Below are positions 1 through 17,045 of a stretch of 64,000 nt of DNA, piece after piece (the stretch's first letter is position 1; every line of letters begins with the position of its first letter). The stretch is from Eledone cirrhosa (Eukaryota), in NCBI GenBank assembly GCA_964016885.1, contig OZ024743.1:378572001-378636000 (forward strand). Reading direction: 5' to 3'. The notes beneath the pieces are model-generated. The model did not search any database. It was given only the letters and a program-made list of their open reading frames with translations, and was not told the DNA's origin. Both the position numbers and the translations under genes were made by a program.

Positions 1-3000
1 CAGATATACAATATACCTATTCTAAACCAGATATACAATATACCTATTCTAAACCAGATATACAATATACCTATTCTAAACCAGATATACAGTATACCTA
101 TTCTAAACCAGATATACAGTATACCTATTCTAAACCAGATATACAATATACCTATTCTAAACCAGATATACAGTATACCTATTCTAAACCAGATATACAG
201 TATACCTATTCTAAACCAGATATACAATATACCTATTCTAAACCAGATATACAATATACCTATTCTAAACCAGATATACAATATACCTATTCTAAACCAG
301 ATATACAGTATACCTATTCTAAACCAGATATACAGTATACCTATTCTAAACCAGATATACAGTATACCTATTCTAAACCAGATATACAATATACCTATTC
401 TAAACCAGATATACAATATACCTATTCTAAACCAGATATACAGTATACCTATTCTAAACCAGATATACAGTATACCTATTCTAAACCAGATATACAATAT
501 ACCTATTCTAAACCAGATATACAATATACATATTCTAAACCAGATATACAGTATACCTATTCTAAACCAGATATACAATATACCTATTCTAAACCAGATA
601 TACAATATACCTATTCTAAACCAGATATACAATATACCTATTCTAAACCAGATATACAATATACCTATTCTAAACCAGATATACAATATACCTATTCTAA
701 ACCAGATATACAATATACCTATTCTAAACCAGATATACAGTATACCTATTCTAAACCAGATATACAGTATACCTCTTCTAAACCAGATATACAATATACC
801 TATTCTAAACCATATATACAATGTACCTATTCTAAACCAGATATACAGTATACCTATTCTAAACCAGATATACAATATACCTATTCTAAACCAGATATAC
901 AGTATACCTATTCTAAACCAGATATACAATATACCTATTCTAAACCAGATATACAATATACCTATTCTTAACCAGATATACAATATACCTGTTCTAAACC
1001 AGATATACAATATACCTATTCTAAACCAGATATACAGTATAGCTATTCTAAACCCGATATTCAGTATACCTATTCTAAACCAGATATACAGTATACCTAT
1101 TCTAAACCAGATATACAGTATACCTATTCTAAACCAGATATACAGTATACCTATTCTAAACCAGATATACAATATACCTATTCTAAACCAGATATACAGT
1201 ATACCTATTCTAAACCAGATATACAATATACCTATTCTAAACCCGATATACAGTATACCTATTCTAAACCAGATATACAGTATACCTATTCTAAACCAGA
1301 TATACAGTATACCTATTCTAAACCAGATATACAATATACCTATTCTAAACCTGATATACAGTATACCTATTCTAAACCAGATATACAATATACCTATTCT
1401 AAACCAGATATACAATATTCCTATTCTAAACCAGATATACAGTATACCTATTCTAAACCAGATATACAATATACCTATTCTAAACCAGATATACAGTATA
1501 CCTATTCTAAACCAGATATACAATATACCTATTCTAAACCAGATATACAGTATACCTATTCTAAACCAGATATACAATATCTATATTCTAAACCAGATAT
1601 ACAGTATACCTATTCTAAACCCGATATACAGTATACCTATTCTAAACCAGATATACAATATACCTATTCTAAACCAGATATACAGTATACCTATTCTAAA
1701 CCAGATATACAGTATACCTATTCTAAACCAGATATACAATATACCTATTCTAAACCAGATATACAGTATACCTATTCTAAACCAGATATACAATATACCT
1801 ATTCTAAAGAAGATATACAATATACCTATTCTAAACAAGATATACAGTATACCTATTCTAAACCAGATATACAATATACCTATTCTAAACCAGATATACA
1901 ATATACCTCTTCTAAACCAGATATACAGTATACCTATTCTAAACCAGATATACAATATACCTATTCTAAACCAGATATACAGTATACCTATTCTAAACCA
2001 GATATACAATATACCTATTCTAAACCAGATATACAATATACCTATTCTAAACCAGATATACAATATACCTATTCTAAACTAGATATACAGTATACCTATT
2101 CTAAACCAGATATACAGTATACCTATTCTAAACCAGATATACAGTATACCTATTCTAAACCAGATATACAATATACCTATTCTAAACCAGATATACAATA
2201 TACCTATTCTAAACCAGATATACAGTATACCTATTCTAAACCAGATATACAGTATACCTATTCTAAACGAGATATACAGTATACCTATTCTAAACCAGAT
2301 ATACAATATACCTATTCTAAACCAGATATACAGTATACCTATTCTAAACCAGATATACAGTATACCTATTCTAAACCAGATATACAATATACCTATTCTA
2401 AACCCGATATACAGTATACCTATTCTAAACCAGATATACAATATACCTATTCTAAACCAGATATACAATATACCTATTCTAAACCAGATATACAGTATAC
2501 CTATTCTAAACCAGATATACAGTATACCTATTCTAAACCAGATATACAACATACCTATTCTAAACCAGATATACAGTATACCTATTCTAAACCAGATATA
2601 CAGTATACCTATTCTAAACCAGATATACAATATACCTATTCTAAACCAGATATACAATATACCTATTCTAAACCAGATATACAGTATACCTATTCTAAAC
2701 CAGATATACAGTATACCTATTCTAAACCAGATATACAATATACCTATTCTAAACCAGATATACAGTATACCTATTCTAAACCAGATATACAATATACCTA
2801 TTCTAAACCAGATATACAATATACCTATTCTAAACAAGATATACAGTATACCTATTCTAAACCAGATATACAATATACCTATTCTAAACCAGATATACAA
2901 TATACCTCTTCTAAACCAGATATACAGTATACCTATTCTAAACCAGATATACAATATACCTATTCTAAACCAGATATACAGTATACCTATTCTAAACCAG

Positions 3001-6000
3001 ATATACAATATACCTATTCTAAACCAGATATACAATATACCTATTCTAAACCAGATATACAATATACCTATTCTAAACCAGATATACAGTATACCTATTC
3101 TAAACCAGATATACAGTATACCTATTCTAAACCAGATATACAGTATACCTATTCTAAACCAGATATACAATATACCTATTCTAAACCAGATATACAATAT
3201 ACCTATTCTAAACCAGATATACAATATACCTATTCTAAACCAGATATACAGTATACCTATTCTAAACCAGATATACAGTATACCTATTCTAAACGAGATA
3301 TACAGTATACCTATTCTAAACCAGATATACAATATACCTATTCTAAACCAGATATACAGTATACCTATTCTAAACCAGATATACAGTATACCTATTCTAA
3401 ACCAGATATACAGTATACCTATTCTAAACCAGATATACAATATACCTATTCTAAACAAGATATACAGTATACCTATTCTAAACCAGATATACAATATACC
3501 TATTCTAAACCAGATATACAATATACCTCTTCTAAACCAGATATACAGTATACCTATTCTAAACCAGATATACAATATACCTATTCTAAACCAGATATAC
3601 AGTATACCTATTCTAAACCAGATATACAGTATACCTATTCTAAACCAGATATACAATATACCTATTCTAAACCAGATATACAGTATACCTATTCTAAACC
3701 AGATATACAGTATACCTATTCTAAACCAGATATACAGTATACCTATTCTAAACCAGATATACAGTATACCTATTCTAAACCAGATATACAATATACCTAT
3801 TCTAAACCAGATATACAATATACCTATTCTAAACCAGATATACAGTATACCTATTCTAAACCAGATATACAATATACCTATTCTAAACCAGATATACAAT
3901 ATACCTATTCTAAACCAGATATACAGTATACCTATTCTAAACCAGATATACACTATACCTATTCTAAACCAGATATACAGTATACCTATTCTAAACCAGA
4001 TATACAATATACCTATTCTAAACCAGATATACAGTATACCTATTCTAAACCGGATATACAATATACCTATTCTAAACCAGATATACAATATACCTATTCT
4101 AAACCAGATATACAGTATACCTATTCTAAACCAGATATACAATATACCTATTCTAAACCAGATATACAATATACCTATTCTAAACCAGATATACAATATA
4201 CCTATTCTAAACCAGATATACAGTATACCTATTCTAAACCAGATATACAGTATACCTATTCTAAACCAGATATACAATATACCTATTCTAAACCAGATAT
4301 ACAGTATACCTATTCTAAACCAGATATACAGTATACCTATTCTAAACCAGATATACAATATACCTATTCTAAACCAGATATACAATATACCTATTCTAAA
4401 CCAGATATACAATATACCTATTCTAAACCAGATATACAGTATACCTATTCTAAACCAGATATACAGTATACCTATTCTAAACCAGATATACAGTATACCT
4501 ATTCTAAACCAGATATACAATATACCTATTCTAAACCAGATATACAATATACCTATTCTAAACCAGATATACAGTATACCTATTCTAAACCAGATATACA
4601 GTATACCTATTCTAAACCAGATATACAATATACCTATTCTAAACCAGATATACAATATACCTGTTCTAAACCAGATATACAATATACCTATTCTAAACCA
4701 GATATACAGTATAGCTATTCTAAACCCGATATTCAGTATACCTATTCTAAACCAGATATACAATATACCTATTCTAAACCAGATATACAATATACCTATT
4801 CTAAACCAGATATACAGTATACCTATTCTAAACCAGATATACAGTATACCTATTCTAAACCAGATATACAATATACCTATTCTAAACCATATATACAATG
4901 TACCTATTCTAAACCAGATATACAGTATACCTATTCTAAACCAGATATACAATATACCTATTCTAAACCAGATATACAGTATACCTATTCTAAACCAGAT
5001 ATACAATATACCTATTCTAAACCAGATATACAATATACCTATTCTTAACCAGATATACAATATACCTGTTCTAAACCAGATATACAATATACCTATTCTA
5101 AACCAGATATACAGTATAGCTATTCTAAACCCGATATTCAGTATACCTATTCTAAACCAGATATACAGTATACCTATTCTAAACCAGATATACAGTATAC
5201 CTATTCTAAACCAGATATACAGTATACCTATTCTAAACCAGATATACAATATACCTATTCTAAACCAGATATACAGTATACCTATTCTAAACCAGATATA
5301 CAATATACCTATTCTAAACCCGATATACAGTATACCTATTCTAAACCAGATATACAGTATACCTATTCTAAACCAGATATACAGTATACCTATTCTAAAC
5401 CAGATATACAATATACCTATTCTAAACCTGATATACAGTATACCTATTCTAAACCAGATATACAATATACCTATTCTAAACCAGATATACAATATTCCTA
5501 TTCTAAACCAGATATACAGTATACCTATTCTAAACCAGATATACAATATACCTATTCTAAACCAGATATACAGTATACCTATTCTAAACCAGATATACAA
5601 TATACCTATTCTAAACCAGATATACAGTATACCTATTCTAAACCAGATATACAATATCTATATTCTAAACCAGATATACAGTATACCTATTCTAAACCCG
5701 ATATACAGTATACCTATTCTAAACCAGATATACAATATACCTATTCTAAACCAGATATACAGTATACCTATTCTAAACCAGATATACAGTATACCTATTC
5801 TAAACCAGATATACAATATACCTATTCTAAACCAGATATACAGTATACCTATTCTAAACCAGATATACAATATACCTATTCTAAACCAGATATACAATAT
5901 ACCTATTCTAAACAAGATATACAGTATACCTATTCTAAACCAGATATACAATATACCTATTCTAAACCAGATATACAATATACCTCTTCTAAACCAGATA

Positions 6001-9000
6001 TACAGTATACCTATTCTAAACCAGATATACAATATACCTATTCTAAACCAGATATACAGTATACCTATTCTAAACCAGATATACAATATACCTATTCTAA
6101 ACCAGATATACAATATACCTATTCTAAACCAGATATACAATATACCTATTCTAAACTAGATATACAGTATACCTATTCTAAACCAGATATACAGTATACC
6201 TATTCTAAACCAGATATACAGTATACCTATTCTAAACCAGATATACAATATACCTATTCTAAACCAGATATACAATATACCTATTCTAAACCAGATATAC
6301 AGTATACCTATTCTAAACCAGATATACAGTATACCTATTCTAAACGAGATATACAGTATACCTATTCTAAACCAGATATACAATATACCTATTCTAAACC
6401 AGATATACAGTATACCTATTCTAAACCAGATATACAGTATACCTATTCTAAACCAGATATACAATATACCTATTCTAAACCCGATATACAGTATACCTAT
6501 TCTAAACCAGATATACAATATACCTATTCTAAACCAGATATACAATATACCTATTCTAAACCAGATATACAGTATACCTATTCTAAACCAGATATACAGT
6601 ATACCTATTCTAAACCAGATATACAACATACCTATTCTAAACCAGATATACAGTATACCTATTCTAAACCAGATATACAGTATACCTATTCTTAACCAGA
6701 TATACAATATACCTATTCTAAACCAGATATACAATATACCTATTCTAAACCAGATATACAGTATACCTATTCTAAACCAGATATACAGTATACCTATTCT
6801 AAACCAGATATACAATATACCTATTCTAAACCAGATATACAGTATACCTATTCTAAACCAGATATACAATATACCTATTCTAAACCAGATATACAATATA
6901 CCTATTCTAAACAAGATATACAGTATACCTATTCTAAACCAGATATACAATATACCTATTCTAAACCAGATATACAATATACCTCTTCTAAACCAGATAT
7001 ACAGTATACCTATTCTAAACCAGATATACAATATACCTATTCTAAACCAGATATACAGTATACCTATTCTAAACCAGATATACAATATACCTATTCTAAA
7101 CCAGATATACAATATACCTATTCTAAACCAGATATACAATATACCTATTCTAAACCAGATATACAGTATACCTATTCTAAACCAGATATACAGTATACCT
7201 ATTCTAAACCAGATATACAGTATACCTATTCTAAACCAGATATACAATATACCTATTCTAAACCAGATATACAATATACCTATTCTAAACCAGATATACA
7301 ATATACCTATTCTAAACCAGATATACAGTATACCTATTCTAAACCAGATATACAGTATACCTATTCTAAACGAGATATACAGTATACCTATTCTAAACCA
7401 GATATACAATATACCTATTCTAAACCAGATATACAGTATACCTATTCTAAACCAGATATACAGTATACCTATTCTAAACCAGATATACAGTATACCTATT
7501 CTAAACCAGATATACAATATACCTATTCTAAACAAGATATACAGTATACCTATTCTAAACCAGATATACAATATACCTATTCTAAACCAGATATACAATA
7601 TACCTCTTCTAAACCAGATATACAGTATACCTATTCTAAACCAGATATACAATATACCTATTCTAAACCAGATATACAGTATACCTATTCTAAACCAGAT
7701 ATACAGTATACCTATTCTAAACCAGATATACAATATACCTATTCTAAACCAGATATACAGTATACCTATTCTAAACCAGATATACAGTATACCTATTCTA
7801 AACCAGATATACAATATACCTATTCTAAACCAGATATACAATATACCTATTCTAAACCAGATATACAGTATACCTATTCTAAACCAGATATACAGTATAC
7901 CTATTCTAAACCAGATATACAGTATACCTATTCTAAACCAGATATACAGTATACCTATTCTAAACCAGATATACAGTATACCTATTCTAAACCAGATATA
8001 CAGTATACCTATTCTAAACCAGATATACAATATACCTATTCTAAACCAGATATACAATATACCTATTCTAAACCAGATATACAGTATACCTATTCTAAAC
8101 CAGATATACAATATACCTATTCTAAACCAGATATACAGTATACCTATTCTAAACCAGATATACAGTATACCTATTCTAAACCAGATATACAATATACCTA
8201 TTCTAAACCAGATATACAATATACCTATTCTAAACCAGATATACAATATACCTATTCTAAACCAGATATACAGTATACCTATTCTAAACCAGATATACAA
8301 TATACCTATTCTAAACCAGATATACAATATACCTATTCTAAACCAGATATACAGTATACCTATTCTAAACCAGATATACACTATACCTATTCTAAACCAG
8401 ATATACAGTATACCTATTCTAAACCAGATATACAATATACCTATTCTAAACCAGATATACAGTATACCTATTCTAAACCAGATATACAATATACCTATTC
8501 TAAACCAGATATACAATATACCTATTCTAAACCAGATATACAGTATACCTATTCTAAACCAGATATACAATATACCTATTCTAAACCAGATATACAATAT
8601 ACCTATTCTAAACCAGATATACAATATACCTATTCTAAACCAGATATACAGTATACCTATTCTAAACCAGATATACAGTATACCTATTCTAAACCAGATA
8701 TACAATATACCTATTCTAAACCAGATATACAGTATACCTATTCTAAACCAGATATACAGTATACCTATTCTAAACCAGATATACAATATACCTATTCTAA
8801 ACCAGATATACAATATACCTATTCTAAACCAGATATACAATATACCTATTCTAAACCAGATATACAGTATACCTATTCTAAACCAGATATACAGTATACC
8901 TATTCTAAACCAGATATACAGTATACCTATTCTAAACCAGATATACAATATACATATTCTAAACCAGATATACAATATACCTATTCTAAACCAGATATAC

Positions 9001-12000
9001 AGTATACCTATTCTAAACCAGATATACAGTATACCTATTCTAAACCAGATATACAATATACCTATTCTAAACCAGATATACAATATACATATTCTAAACC
9101 AGATATACAGTATACCTATTCTAAACCAGATATACAATATACCTATTCTAAACCAGATATACAATATACCTATTCTAAACCAGATATACAATATACCTAT
9201 TCTAAACCAGATATACAATATACCTATTCTAAACCAGATATACAATATACCTATTCTAAACCAGATATACAATATACCTATTCTAAACCAGATATACAGT
9301 ATACCTATTCTAAACCAGATATACAGTATACCTCTTCTAAACCAGATATACAATATACCTATTCTAAACCATATATACAATGTACCTATTCTAAACCAGA
9401 TATACAGTATACCTATTCTAAACCAGATATACAATATACCTATTCTAAACCAGATATACAGTATACCTATTCTAAACCAGATATACAATATACCTATTCT
9501 AAACCAGATATACAATATACCTATTCTTAACCAGATATACAATATACCTGTTCTAAACCAGATATACAATATACCTATTCTAAACCAGATATACAGTATA
9601 GCTATTCTAAACCCGATATTCAGTATACCTATTCTAAACCAGATATACAGTATACCTATTCTAAACCAGATATACAGTATACCTATTCTAAACCAGATAT
9701 ACAGTATACCTATTCTAAACCAGATATACAATATACCTATTCTAAACCAGATATACAGTATACCTATTCTAAACCAGATATACAATATACCTATTCTAAA
9801 CCCGATATACAGTATACCTATTCTAAACCAGATATACAGTATACCTATTCTAAACCAGATATACAGTATACCTATTCTAAACCAGATATACAATATACCT
9901 ATTCTAAACCTGATATACAGTATACCTATTCTAAACCAGATATACAATATACCTATTCTAAACCAGATATACAATATTCCTATTCTAAACCAGATATACA
10001 GTATACCTATTCTAAACCAGATATACAATATACCTATTCTAAACCAGATATACAGTATACCTATTCTAAACCAGATATACAATATACCTATTCTAAACCA
10101 GATATACAGTATACCTATTCTAAACCAGATATACAATATACCTATTCTAAACCAGATATACAGTATACCTATTCTAAACCCGATATACAGTATACCTATT
10201 CTAAACCAGATATACAATATACCTATTCTAAACCAGATATACAGTATACCTATTCTAAACCAGATATACAGTATACCTATTCTAAACCAGATATACAATA
10301 TACCTATTCTAAACCAGATATACAGTATACCTATTCTAAACCAGATATACAGTATACCTATTCTAAACCAGATATACAATATACCTATTCTAAACAAGAT
10401 ATACAGTATACCTATTCTAAACCAGATATACAATATACCTATTCTAAACCAGATATACAATATACCTCTTCTAAACCAGATATACAGTATACCTATTCTA
10501 AACCAGATATACAATATACCTATTCTAAACCAGATATACAGTATACCTATTCTAAACCAGATATACAATATACCTATTCTAAACCAGATATACAATATAC
10601 CTATTCTAAACCAGATATACAATATACCTATTCTAAACTAGATATACAGTATACCTATTCTAAACCAGATATACAGTATACCTATTCTAAACCAGATATA
10701 CAGTATACCTATTCTAAACCAGATATACAATATACCTATTCTAAACCAGATATACAATATACCTATTCTAAACCAGATATACAGTATACCTATTCTAAAC
10801 CAGATATACAGTATACCTATTCTAAACGAGATATACAGTATACCTATTCTAAACCAGATATACAATATACCTATTCTAAACCAGATATACAGTATACCTA
10901 TTCTAAACCAGATATACAGTATACCTATTCTAAACCAGATATACAATATACCTATTCTAAACCCGATATACAGTATACCTATTCTAAACCAGATATACAA
11001 TATACCTATTCTAAACCAGATATACAATATACCTATTCTAAACCAGATATACAGTATACCTATTCTAAACCAGATATACAGTATACCTATTCTAAACCAG
11101 ATATACAACATACCTATTCTAAACCAGATATACAGTATACCTATTCTAAACCAGATATACAGTATACCTATTCTAAACCAGATATACAATATACCTATTC
11201 TAAACCAGATATACAATATACCTATTCTAAACCAGATATACAGTATACCTATTCTAAACCAGATATACAGTATACCTATTCTAAACCAGATATACAATAT
11301 ACCTATTCTAAACCAGATATACAGTATACCTATTCTAAACCAGATATACAATATACCTATTCTAAACCAGATATACAATATACCTATTCTAAACAAGATA
11401 TACAGTATACCTATTCTAAACCAGATATACAATATACCTATTCTAAACCAGATATACAATATACCTCTTCTAAACCAGATATACAGTATACCTATTCTAA
11501 ACCAGATATACAATATACCTATTCTAAACCAGATATACAGTATACCTATTCTAAACCAGATATACAATATACCTATTCTAAACCAGATATACAATATACC
11601 TATTCTAAACCAGATATACAATATACCTATTCTAAACCAGATATACAGTATACCTATTCTAAACCAGATATACAGTATACCTATTCTAAACCAGATATAC
11701 AGTATACCTATTCTAAACCAGATATACAATATACCTATTCTAAACCAGATATACAATATACCTATTCTAAACCAGATATACAATATACCTATTCTAAACC
11801 AGATATACAGTATACCTATTCTAAACCAGATATACAGTATACCTATTCTAAACCAGATATACAATATACCTATTCTAAACCAGATATACAGTATACCTAT
11901 TCTAAACCAGATATACAGTATACCTATTCTAAACCAGATATACAATATACCTATTCTAAACCCGATATACAGTATACCTATTCTAAACCAGATATACAAT

Positions 12001-15000
12001 ATACCTATTCTAAACCAGATATACAATATACCTATTCTAAACCAGATATACAGTATACCTATTCTAAACCAGATATACAGTATACCTATTCTAAACCAGA
12101 TATACAATATACCTATTCTAAACCAGATATACAGTATACCTATTCTAAACCAGATATACAGTATACCTATTCTAAACCAGATATACAATATACCTATTCT
12201 AAACCAGATATACAATATACCTATTCTAAACCAGATATACAATATACCTATTCTAAACCAGATATACAGTATACCTATTCTAAACCAGATATACAGTATA
12301 CCTATTCTAAACCAGATATACAGTATACCTATTCTAAACCAGATATACAATATACCTATTCTAAACCAGATATACAATATACCTATTCTAAACCAGATAT
12401 ACAATATACCTATTCTAAACCAGATATACAATATACCTATTCTAAACCAGATATACAGTATACCTATTCTAAACCCAATATACAGTATACCTATTCTAAA
12501 CCAGATATACAATATACCTATTCTAAACCAGATATACAGTATACCTATTCTAAACCAGATATACAATATACCTATTCTAAACCAGATATACAGTATACCT
12601 ATTCTAAACCAGATATACAATATACCTATTCTAAACCAGATATACAATATACCTATTCTAAACCAGATATACAATATACCTATTCTAAACCAGATATATA
12701 ATATACCTATTCTAAACCAGATATACAGTATACCTATTCTAAACCAGATATACAGTATACCTATTCTAAACCAGATATACAATATACCTATTCTAAACCA
12801 GATATACAATATACCTATTCTAAACCAGATATACAATATACCTATTCTAAACCAGATATACAATATACCTATTCTAAACCAGATATACAATATGCCTATT
12901 CTAAACCAGATATACAGTATACCTATTCTAAACCAGATATACAGTATACCTATTCTAAACCAGATATACAATATACCTATTCTAAACCAGATATACAGTA
13001 TACCTATTCTAAACCAGATATACAGTATACCTATTCTAAACCAGATATACAATATACCTATTCTAAACCAGATATACAGTATACCTATTCTAAACCAGAT
13101 ATACAGTATACCTATTCTAAACCAGATATACAATATACCTATTCTAAACCAGATATACAGTATACCTATTCTAAACCAGATATACAGTATACCTATTCTA
13201 AACCAGATATACAATATACCTATTCTAAACCAGATATACAATATACCTATTCTAAACCAGATATACAGTATACCTATTCTAAACGAGATATACAGTATAC
13301 CTATTCTAAACCAGATATACAATATACCTATTCTAAACCAGATATACAGTATACCTATTCTAAACCAGATATACAGTATACCTATTCTAAACCAGATATA
13401 CAGTATACCTATTCTAAACCAGATATACAATATACCTATTCTAAACCAGATATACAATATACCTATTCTAAACCAGATATACAATATACCTATTCTAAAC
13501 CAGATATACAGTATACCTATTCTAAACCAGATATACAGTATACCTATTCTAAACCAGATATACAGTATACCTATTCTAAACCAGATATACAGTATACCTA
13601 TTCTAAACCAGATATACAGTATACCTATTCTAAACCAGATATACAATATACCTATTCTAAACCAGATATACAATATACCTATTCTAAACCAGATATACAA
13701 TATACCTATTCTAAACCAGATATACAGTATACCTATTCTAAACCAGATATACAGTATACCTATTCTAAACCAGATATACAGTATACCTATTCTAAACCAG
13801 ATATACAATATACCTATTCTAAACCAGATATACAATATACCTATTCTAAACCAGATATACAATATACCTATTCTAAACCAGATATACAATATACCTATTC
13901 TAAACCAGATATACAGTATACCTATTCTAAACCCGATATACAGTATACCTATTCTAAACCAGATATACAATATACCTATTCTAAACCAGATATACAGTAT
14001 ACCTATTCTAAACCAGATATACAGTATACCTATTCTAAACCAGATATACAATATACCTATTCTAAACCAGATATACAGTATACCTATTCTAAACCAGATA
14101 TACAATATACCTATTCTAAACCAGATATACAATATACCTATTCTAAACAAGATATACAGTATACCTATTCTAAACCAGATATACAATATACCTATTCTAA
14201 ACCAGATATACAATATACCTCTTCTAAACCAGATATACAGTATACCTATTCTAAACCAGATATACAATATACCTATTCTAAACCAGATATACAGTATACC
14301 TATTCTAAACCAGATATACAGTATACCTATTCTAAACCAGATATACAATATACCTATTCTAAACCAGATATACAGTATACCTATTCTAAACCAGATATAC
14401 AATATACCTATTCTAAACCAGATATACAGTATACCTATTCTAAACCAGATATACAATATACCTATTCTAAACCAGATATACAGTATACCTATTCTAAACC
14501 CGATATACAGTATACCTATTCTAAACCAGATATACAATATACCTATTCTAAACCAGATATACAGTATACCTATTCTAAACCCGATATACAGTATACCTAT
14601 TCTAAACCAGATATACAGTATACCTATTCTAAACCAGATATACAGTATACCTATTCTAAACCAGATATACAGTATACCTATTCTAAACCAGATATACAAT
14701 ATACCTATTCTAAACCAGATATACAGTATACCTATTCTAAACCAGATATACAGTATACCTATTCTAAACCAGATATACAATATACCTATTCTAAACCAGA
14801 TATACAGTATACCTATTCTAAACCAGATATACAATATACCTATTCTAAACCAGATATACAATATACCTATTCTAAACAAGATATACAGTATACCTATTCT
14901 AAACCAGATATACAATATACCTATTCTAAACCAGATATACAATATACCTATTCTAAACCAGATATACAGTATACCTCTTCTAAACCAGATATACAGTATA

Positions 15001-16289
15001 CCTATTCTAAACCAGATATACAGTATACCTATTCTAAACCAGATATACAATATACCTATTCTAAACCAGATATACAATATACCTATTCTAAACCAGATAT
15101 ACAATATACCTATTCTAAACCAGATATACAGTATACCTATTCTAAACCAGATATACAATATACCTATTCTAAACCAGATATACAGTATACCTATTCTAAA
15201 CCAGATATACAGTATACCTATTCTAAACCAGATATACAGTATACCTATTCTAAACCAGATATACAATATACCTATTCTAAACCAGATATACAATATACCT
15301 ATTCTAAACCAGATATACAGTATACCTATTCTAAACCAGATATACAATATACCTATTCTAAACCAGATATACAGTATACCTATTCTAAACCAGATATACA
15401 ATATACCTATTCTAAACCAGATATACAATATACCTCTTCTAAACCAGATATACAATATACCTATTCTAAACCAGATATACAGTATACCTATTCTAAACCA
15501 GATATACAATATACCTATTCTAAACCAGATATACAATATACCTCTTCTAAACCAGATATACAATATACCTATTCTAAACCAGATATACAATATACCTCTT
15601 CTAAACCAGATATACAATATACCTATTCTAAACCAGATATACAGTATACCTATTCTAAACCAGATATACAATATACCTATTCTAAACCAGATATACAATA
15701 TACCTATTCTAAACCAGATATACAGTATACCTATTCTAAACCAGATATACAATATACCTATTCTAAACCAGATATACAATATACCTCTTCTAAACCAGAT
15801 ATACAATATACCTATTCTAAACCAGATATACAGTATACCTATTCTAAACCAGATATACAGTATACCTATTCTAAACCAGATATACAGTATACCTATTCTA
15901 AACCAGATATACAGTATACCTATTCTAAACCAGATATACAATATACCTATTCTAAACCAGATATACAATATACCTATTCTAAACCAGATATACAATATAC
16001 CTCTTCTAAACCAGATATACAGTATACCTATTCTAAACCAAATATACATATACCTATTCTAAACCAGATATACAGTATACCTATTCTAAACCAGATATAC
16101 AATATACCTATTCTAAACCAGATATACAATATACCTATTCTAAACCAGATATACAATATACCTATTCTAAACCAGATATACAGTATACCTATTCTAAACC
16201 AGATATACAATATACCTATTCTAAACCAGATATACAATATACCTATTCTAAACCAGATATACAATATACCTATTCTTAACCAGATATAT
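1..16289. repeat. 27-bp tandem satellite, consensus CCAGATATACA(A/G)TATACCTATTCTAAA, ~600 copies, extends beyond window start
   Basis: Read directly. Register repeats every 540 bp (20 units). The 9-aa periodicity (ILYIWFRIG / PILNQIY(S/N)I) in the ORF track confirms a 27-bp unit. No indel seen until a 1-bp deletion near 16049. Confidence 0.99.
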
Positions 16290-16890
16290 ATTCTGTTAAC
16301 TAAACTGTGTATAAAACTTTATGTTCAACTTGCAACTATCCTCATCATCATCATCATCATTTAATGTCTGCTTTCTCTGCTAGCAAGGGCTGGATATGGG
16401 TCTACATAAACCAAGTCAGCACTGAAGTGGGGCTACCAACCTCCATGACAGTCCTGGTAGTATGCATCTCATTTACATATGGTCTCACATTCTACTGAGT
16501 GCACAGGAGAGGTTGTCATGTCTTTGACACAACTTAAGGGTCCTCCGAACCCTTTCTATGGCTGGATGCCCTTACTATCACCTATATATATATCATTTTT
16601 AATCTACTTGGGTGTGTGCCATGGAAGTCAAAGATGATGATAATAAACATGTAATTTGAAAATGTGTCCCAAATGCAGGAAATAACTGTAAAACAATCAG
16701 TCACTGTAAATAATAGTTGAGAAAACTGGGTAAATTTACCTTTAGAGATGGGAAAAAAGTGGACAGGGGCACCTACGAATAATCAAATCCAGCATCTCTT
16801 GAATACCATGTGAGTGTATGTTACCATTACACTAAGAGACAAGTGACACTTTTTCCTGTCTCTTTTAGGATATTATACTATACTGCTTTA

Positions 16891-17045
16891 AGGCAGCGAA
16901 TTGACAGTCGTTAGAATGTCGGATAGAATGCTTTATGGGGTTCGTTCTGGCTCCTGGGTTCAAATCTCGCCAGGGTCAACTTTGCCTTTCGTCCTTTCGA
17001 GGTTGATAAAAAAAAGTGCCAGTCTAGCACTGGGTCGGTTCTCTC
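16891..17045 (+). mobile_element. tRNA-derived SINE, family 1 (partial)
   Basis: Pol III A-box-like head, B-box GGTTCAAATC, then the shared body (tcaactttgcctttc.tcc...gataaaa...gt.ccag) seen in many other copies. Confidence 0.7.

Noticed and set aside
1581-16264. Giant ORFs of (ILYIWFRIG)n and (PILNQIY(S/N)I)n up to 1803 aa
   Set aside because: They follow automatically from a stop-free 27-bp unit. They are open on both strands, mostly lack ATG starts, have no unique domains and are broken at random by variant monomers.
1-16289. CRISPR-like array
   Set aside because: There are no unique spacers and no cas genes, and the context is eukaryotic. The same applies to the 48-bp and 86-bp arrays.
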